From contig JAQWMJ010000040.1 in the NCBI GenBank assembly GCA_029246845.1, positions 32,001-96,000 on the forward strand: 64,000 nt of DNA. Direction: 5' to 3'. The stretch is from Thermodesulfobacteriota bacterium (GTDB lineage: Bacteria; Desulfobacterota_D; UBA1144). Within the stretch, counting starts at the first letter, position 1, and each line of letters opens with the position of its first letter. Positions 60,929 through 64,000 of the stretch are shown here, piece after piece. The translations under genes and the position numbers were made by a program. A model generated the notes under the pieces. That model was not told the DNA's origin and ran no database searches. It saw nothing but the letters and a program-made list of their open reading frames with translations.

Positions 60929-60950
60929 TATATTTTTTTAGTATAAATTA

Positions 60951-62159
60951 TTAATCAAGAATTTCTATACCTGGCAAACTACTTCCACCCAAATATTCTA
61001 ACAATGCACCCCCACCAGTAGACATATGTGAAATCTCAGATTCTAAAACTTCAGCCTTTCGAATTGCTGCAATTGTTTCACCCCCACCTACAACTGAAGT
61101 TGCTCCTCTCCAAGTTGCTAAAGCAACTGCTCGTGCAACGTGAATTGTCCCAGATGAGTATTGCTCAAATTCAAAAACACCCATTGGGCCATTCCAAAAA
61201 ATATAGCCTGGGCCCTTTATAATCGAGTTAAACAATTCTATAGTCTTGGGACCAATGTCCAGCGCCATATGACCATCAGGAATATCAATGTCTGATATCA
61301 AGCACTGGCTCGTTCTATTAAAATCTTTTGAAATAATATGGTCAATTGGGAGAACAATCTTATCCTTATATTTATCGTATACATCTTTCACCCAACTTAA
61401 CATTTCTTCTTCATAAATAGAGTTACCTATATTAATTTTTTGTGCTTTTAAAAAAGTATATGCAGCACCACCACCGACTATTATCTTATCAGCTCCATCA
61501 AGTAAATTCCCTAGAGCAGAAATCTTATCCTTTATTTTAGAACCACCGATTATAACTAAAAACGGATGCTCCGGTGTTTTCATCATTTTTGAGACAAAAC
61601 TTAATTCTTTATCAACCAAGAAGCCACTTATTTTATCTACAAAGTCTTTTGTCATTCCATATGTAGAGCAATGAGCTCTATGTGAAGTTCCAAAGGCTTC
61701 ATTTATATATACATCAGCAAGCTTAGCTAGTTCACTTGAAAAGGCAGGGTCATTCTCTGTTTCTGCTTTATGAAACCTAAGATTTTCAAGCATTACAACT
61801 GAACCATCAGGTAGGTCGTCTAACTTGTCAGATAAACCACTTCCAATAAAATCTTTAACGAACAAAACTTTTTTATCTATTAGCTCAGATAACCTGTTTG
61901 ATACTATTTGCAGAGATAGATCTTTTACCACCTTCCCCTTTGGTCTTCCAAGATGAGATCCTAGTATAATTTTGGCCCCTGCATCTATTAGAAAATCAAT
62001 AGTAGGTAGAGCTCTTCTAATACGATAGTCTTCTCTTATTGAATCCGTTTCAACATCTATAGGAACATTAAAATCAACTCGAACGAAAACTTTCTTACCT
62101 TGATAAAAAGACTTTGGAAAATCTGAAATGACCTTCTTTTTATCCAAGCGAACTTCCAA
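60951..62159 (-). CDS. pgk: Phosphoglycerate kinase
   Basis: RVDFNVP, SHLGRP, LENLRF, WNGPMGVFE, STGGGA. Confidence 0.97.
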   Translation of the reverse strand: MEVRLDKKKVISDFPKSFYQGKKVFVRVDFNVPIDVETDSIREDYRIRRALPTIDFLIDAGAKIILGSHLGRPKGKVVKDLSLQIVSNRLSELIDKKVLFVKDFIGSGLSDKLDDLPDGSVVMLENLRFHKAETENDPAFSSELAKLADVYINEAFGTSHRAHCSTYGMTKDFVDKISGFLVDKELSFVSKMMKTPEHPFLVIIGGSKIKDKISALGNLLDGADKIIVGGGAAYTFLKAQKINIGNSIYEEEMLSWVKDVYDKYKDKIVLPIDHIISKDFNRTSQCLISDIDIPDGHMALDIGPKTIELFNSIIKGPGYIFWNGPMGVFEFEQYSSGTIHVARAVALATWRGATSVVGGGETIAAIRKAEVLESEISHMSTGGGALLEYLGGSSLPGIEILD

Positions 62160-63150
62160 TCTTTATTGCTAAATCTAGCACTCTTGAGGAATAACCATAT
62201 TCATTATCATACCAAGCAATTACTTTTATAAAATTATCTCCAATCACACTTGTGCCAAAAGGATCAAAAACTGCTGAATGTTTATTCTTTAACAAATCAA
62301 CAGAAACCGCTCCTTCATGAGCTATATCAAGATAGCTATGAAGTGTTGATTTTGAAGCTTCTATAAAAGCAGAATTAATTGCCTCTGAAGATGCCTTATC
62401 TTTAATTCTGGCAACAAAGTCAACCATAGAAACATTTGGTGTCGGAACCCTAACAGATATAGCTGACAAGTTTCCTTTTAAGTCTGGAAAGATTTCTTCA
62501 ATAGCTTTAGTTGCCCCAGTACTAGTAGGAATCATCGATAAACCACCAGCTCTTGCTCTTCTGAGGTCAGAATGGGGAGAGTCAATTATTCTTTGATCAT
62601 TTGTATAGGAGTGAATAGTAGTCATGTGGCCACTTTGGAGACCAAAATTATCTCTTAAGACTTTAACAATCATAGCTAAACAGTTAGTTGTGCATGATGC
62701 ATTAGAAACAATATGATGCTCGTTATTATCATACAAATCATCATTCGCGCCCATTACAGTAGTAAAATCTATATCACCTTTTCCAGGAGCCGATATTATA
62801 ACTTTCTTCACATTGCCACCCAAATGTTGCGAAGCTAGTTCTTTAGATGTGAATATACCTGTGGACTCAACTACAATCTGACACCCTTCATCTGACCAAT
62901 TTATATCTGAGGGGTTTCTTTCTGAAAAGATCTTTGTCCTCTTTCCATCAATAGTAATTCCATCTGAATCATGAGAAACATTATTCTCTAAAACACCAAA
63001 AACTGAGTCGTACTTTAATAAATGAGCACAAGTATTGAGGTCTGCAATATCGTTAATTGCTACAACATCAATCTTATCAGAAAGCAAAGAAATTCTTAAA
63101 AGATTTCTGCCTATTCTTCCAAATCCGTTAATACCTATTTTAATTGACAT
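62140..63150 (-). CDS. gap: Glyceraldehyde-3-phosphate dehydrogenase (type I)
   Basis: GINGFGRIGR, SNASCTTNCLA, WYDNE. Confidence 0.97.
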   Translation of the reverse strand: MSIKIGINGFGRIGRNLLRISLLSDKIDVVAINDIADLNTCAHLLKYDSVFGVLENNVSHDSDGITIDGKRTKIFSERNPSDINWSDEGCQIVVESTGIFTSKELASQHLGGNVKKVIISAPGKGDIDFTTVMGANDDLYDNNEHHIVSNASCTTNCLAMIVKVLRDNFGLQSGHMTTIHSYTNDQRIIDSPHSDLRRARAGGLSMIPTSTGATKAIEEIFPDLKGNLSAISVRVPTPNVSMVDFVARIKDKASSEAINSAFIEASKSTLHSYLDIAHEGAVSVDLLKNKHSAVFDPFGTSVIGDNFIKVIAWYDNEYGYSSRVLDLAIKIGSSLG

Positions 63151-63250
63151 ATTTTTATCCTTTTTATTCAGAGAGTTTTTTAATTTTACACTCTACATGA
63201 TAGATTTCAAACAATTGAATTTATAAAAATTGCATGATACTGTGACAATT

Positions 63251-64000
63251 ATGAAGAAAATAAAAATTGGCATAATTGGGGTCACCGGATATACAGGAAT
63301 TGAGTTGCTTGAAATACTAAGTAATCATCCAATGGCTGACATTATTTTTGTTGGTGCAAATTCAAACTTTGGACCTTATATTAATGATGAAATTCCAAGT
63401 TTGAATTTATCAAAAAGATTGAAAATTAGAAAAAACTTGGAAATTTTAAAATTGAAGAATATTGATTTAATTTTCTCATGCCTTCCAGGGGGAGGCTTAA
63501 TCTCAATATACGATAAAATAAAAAAGACGAATGCAAAAATTATAGATTTAAGTGGTGATTTTAGACTAAACAAAAAAAGCCACATAAAATGGTATGGATC
63601 AAAGAGAAATGCTTCAACACTGAAAGATTTTCAATATATTTTACCAGAAATTAATAGAGCTAAAATTAATAGAAAAATGAATATTTCTAATCCCGGGTGT
63701 TATGCTACATCTATACTGCTGGGGTTAATGCCAATTGCAGTGAACCTAAAGAACTTAGAAGATATTATTGTAGATACAAAATCCGGAATATCCGGTGCAG
63801 GTAAAAGTGGCAAGCTAGAACATAGCTTTTCAGAGAGTTACGACAATCTATCAACCTATAATGTTGGAGACCACAGACATTCACCAGAAATAGAGCAACT
63901 AATATTCAAAGAATCAGGTAAGAAGATTAACTTAATAATGGTGCCTCACCTTTTACCTATAAAAAGGGGCATAATGTCTAATATCTATATTTCAAGTAAA
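63251..64000 (+). CDS. argC: N-acetyl-gamma-glutamyl-phosphate reductase; 3' end runs off the window
   Basis: Not in the ORF track. Manual translation: MKKIKIGIIGVTGYTGIELL...HP, DLSGDFRL, SNPGCYAT, SGISGAG, HRHSPEI. Confidence 0.92.
   Translation, partial: MKKIKIGIIGVTGYTGIELLEILSNHPMADIIFVGANSNFGPYINDEIPSLNLSKRLKIRKNLEILKLKNIDLIFSCLPGGGLISIYDKIKKTNAKIIDLSGDFRLNKKSHIKWYGSKRNASTLKDFQYILPEINRAKINRKMNISNPGCYATSILLGLMPIAVNLKNLEDIIVDTKSGISGAGKSGKLEHSFSESYDNLSTYNVGDHRHSPEIEQLIFKESGKKINLIMVPHLLPIKRGIMSNIYISSK

Noticed and set aside
1..64000. Short (60-170 aa) ORFs in the track that overlap well-supported genes on the opposite strand or in another frame, e.g. 7213-7725, 14274-14606, 44118-44465, 50226-50621
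   Set aside because: They are shadows of conserved housekeeping genes with no recognisable motifs or independent start signals
1..64000. CRISPR arrays, IS elements, rRNA genes
   Set aside because: No regularly spaced repeats, transposase/integrase ORFs or rRNA-like segments; intergenic gaps are too short to hold them

Overview
AT-rich, very densely coded bacterial chromosome segment of about 57 genes plus tRNA-Gln(UUG), almost all housekeeping: gshA, purB, ispD/F/E, sodA, ilvD, coaBC/E, RND pump, pyrE, nrdAB, argH/C, queC/E/F, hisB/H, thiL, gltX, an acyl-CoA carboxylase, hemL, F0 atp genes, cca, thyX, methylmalonyl-CoA mutase and fbp/fbaB/pgk/gap. The gene style (split F0 operon, N-terminally extended c subunit, minimal spacers) suggests a streamlined aerobic deltaproteobacteria-like lineage, possibly marine Dadabacteria (inference only). 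I found no mobile element, prophage or CRISPR array. Most notable: (1) a class Ic-type (Mn/Fe, no tyrosyl radical) ribonucleotide reductase whose NrdR-controlled 5' leader holds a GC-rich, alternatively pairing riboswitch-like RNA candidate; (2) a queC-queE-X-thyX operon with a Cys-less QueC and an apparently catalytically dead Zn-ribbon sirtuin, converging on an eroded acyl-CoA synthetase-like pseudoenzyme; (3) many probable leaderless genes (-10 box exactly 6 nt before ATG) and at least one probable ATA start codon; (4) an orphan SagB/nitroreductase-like protein and a probable F420-type LLM oxidoreductase. All calls come from motif recognition by eye; no searches were run.
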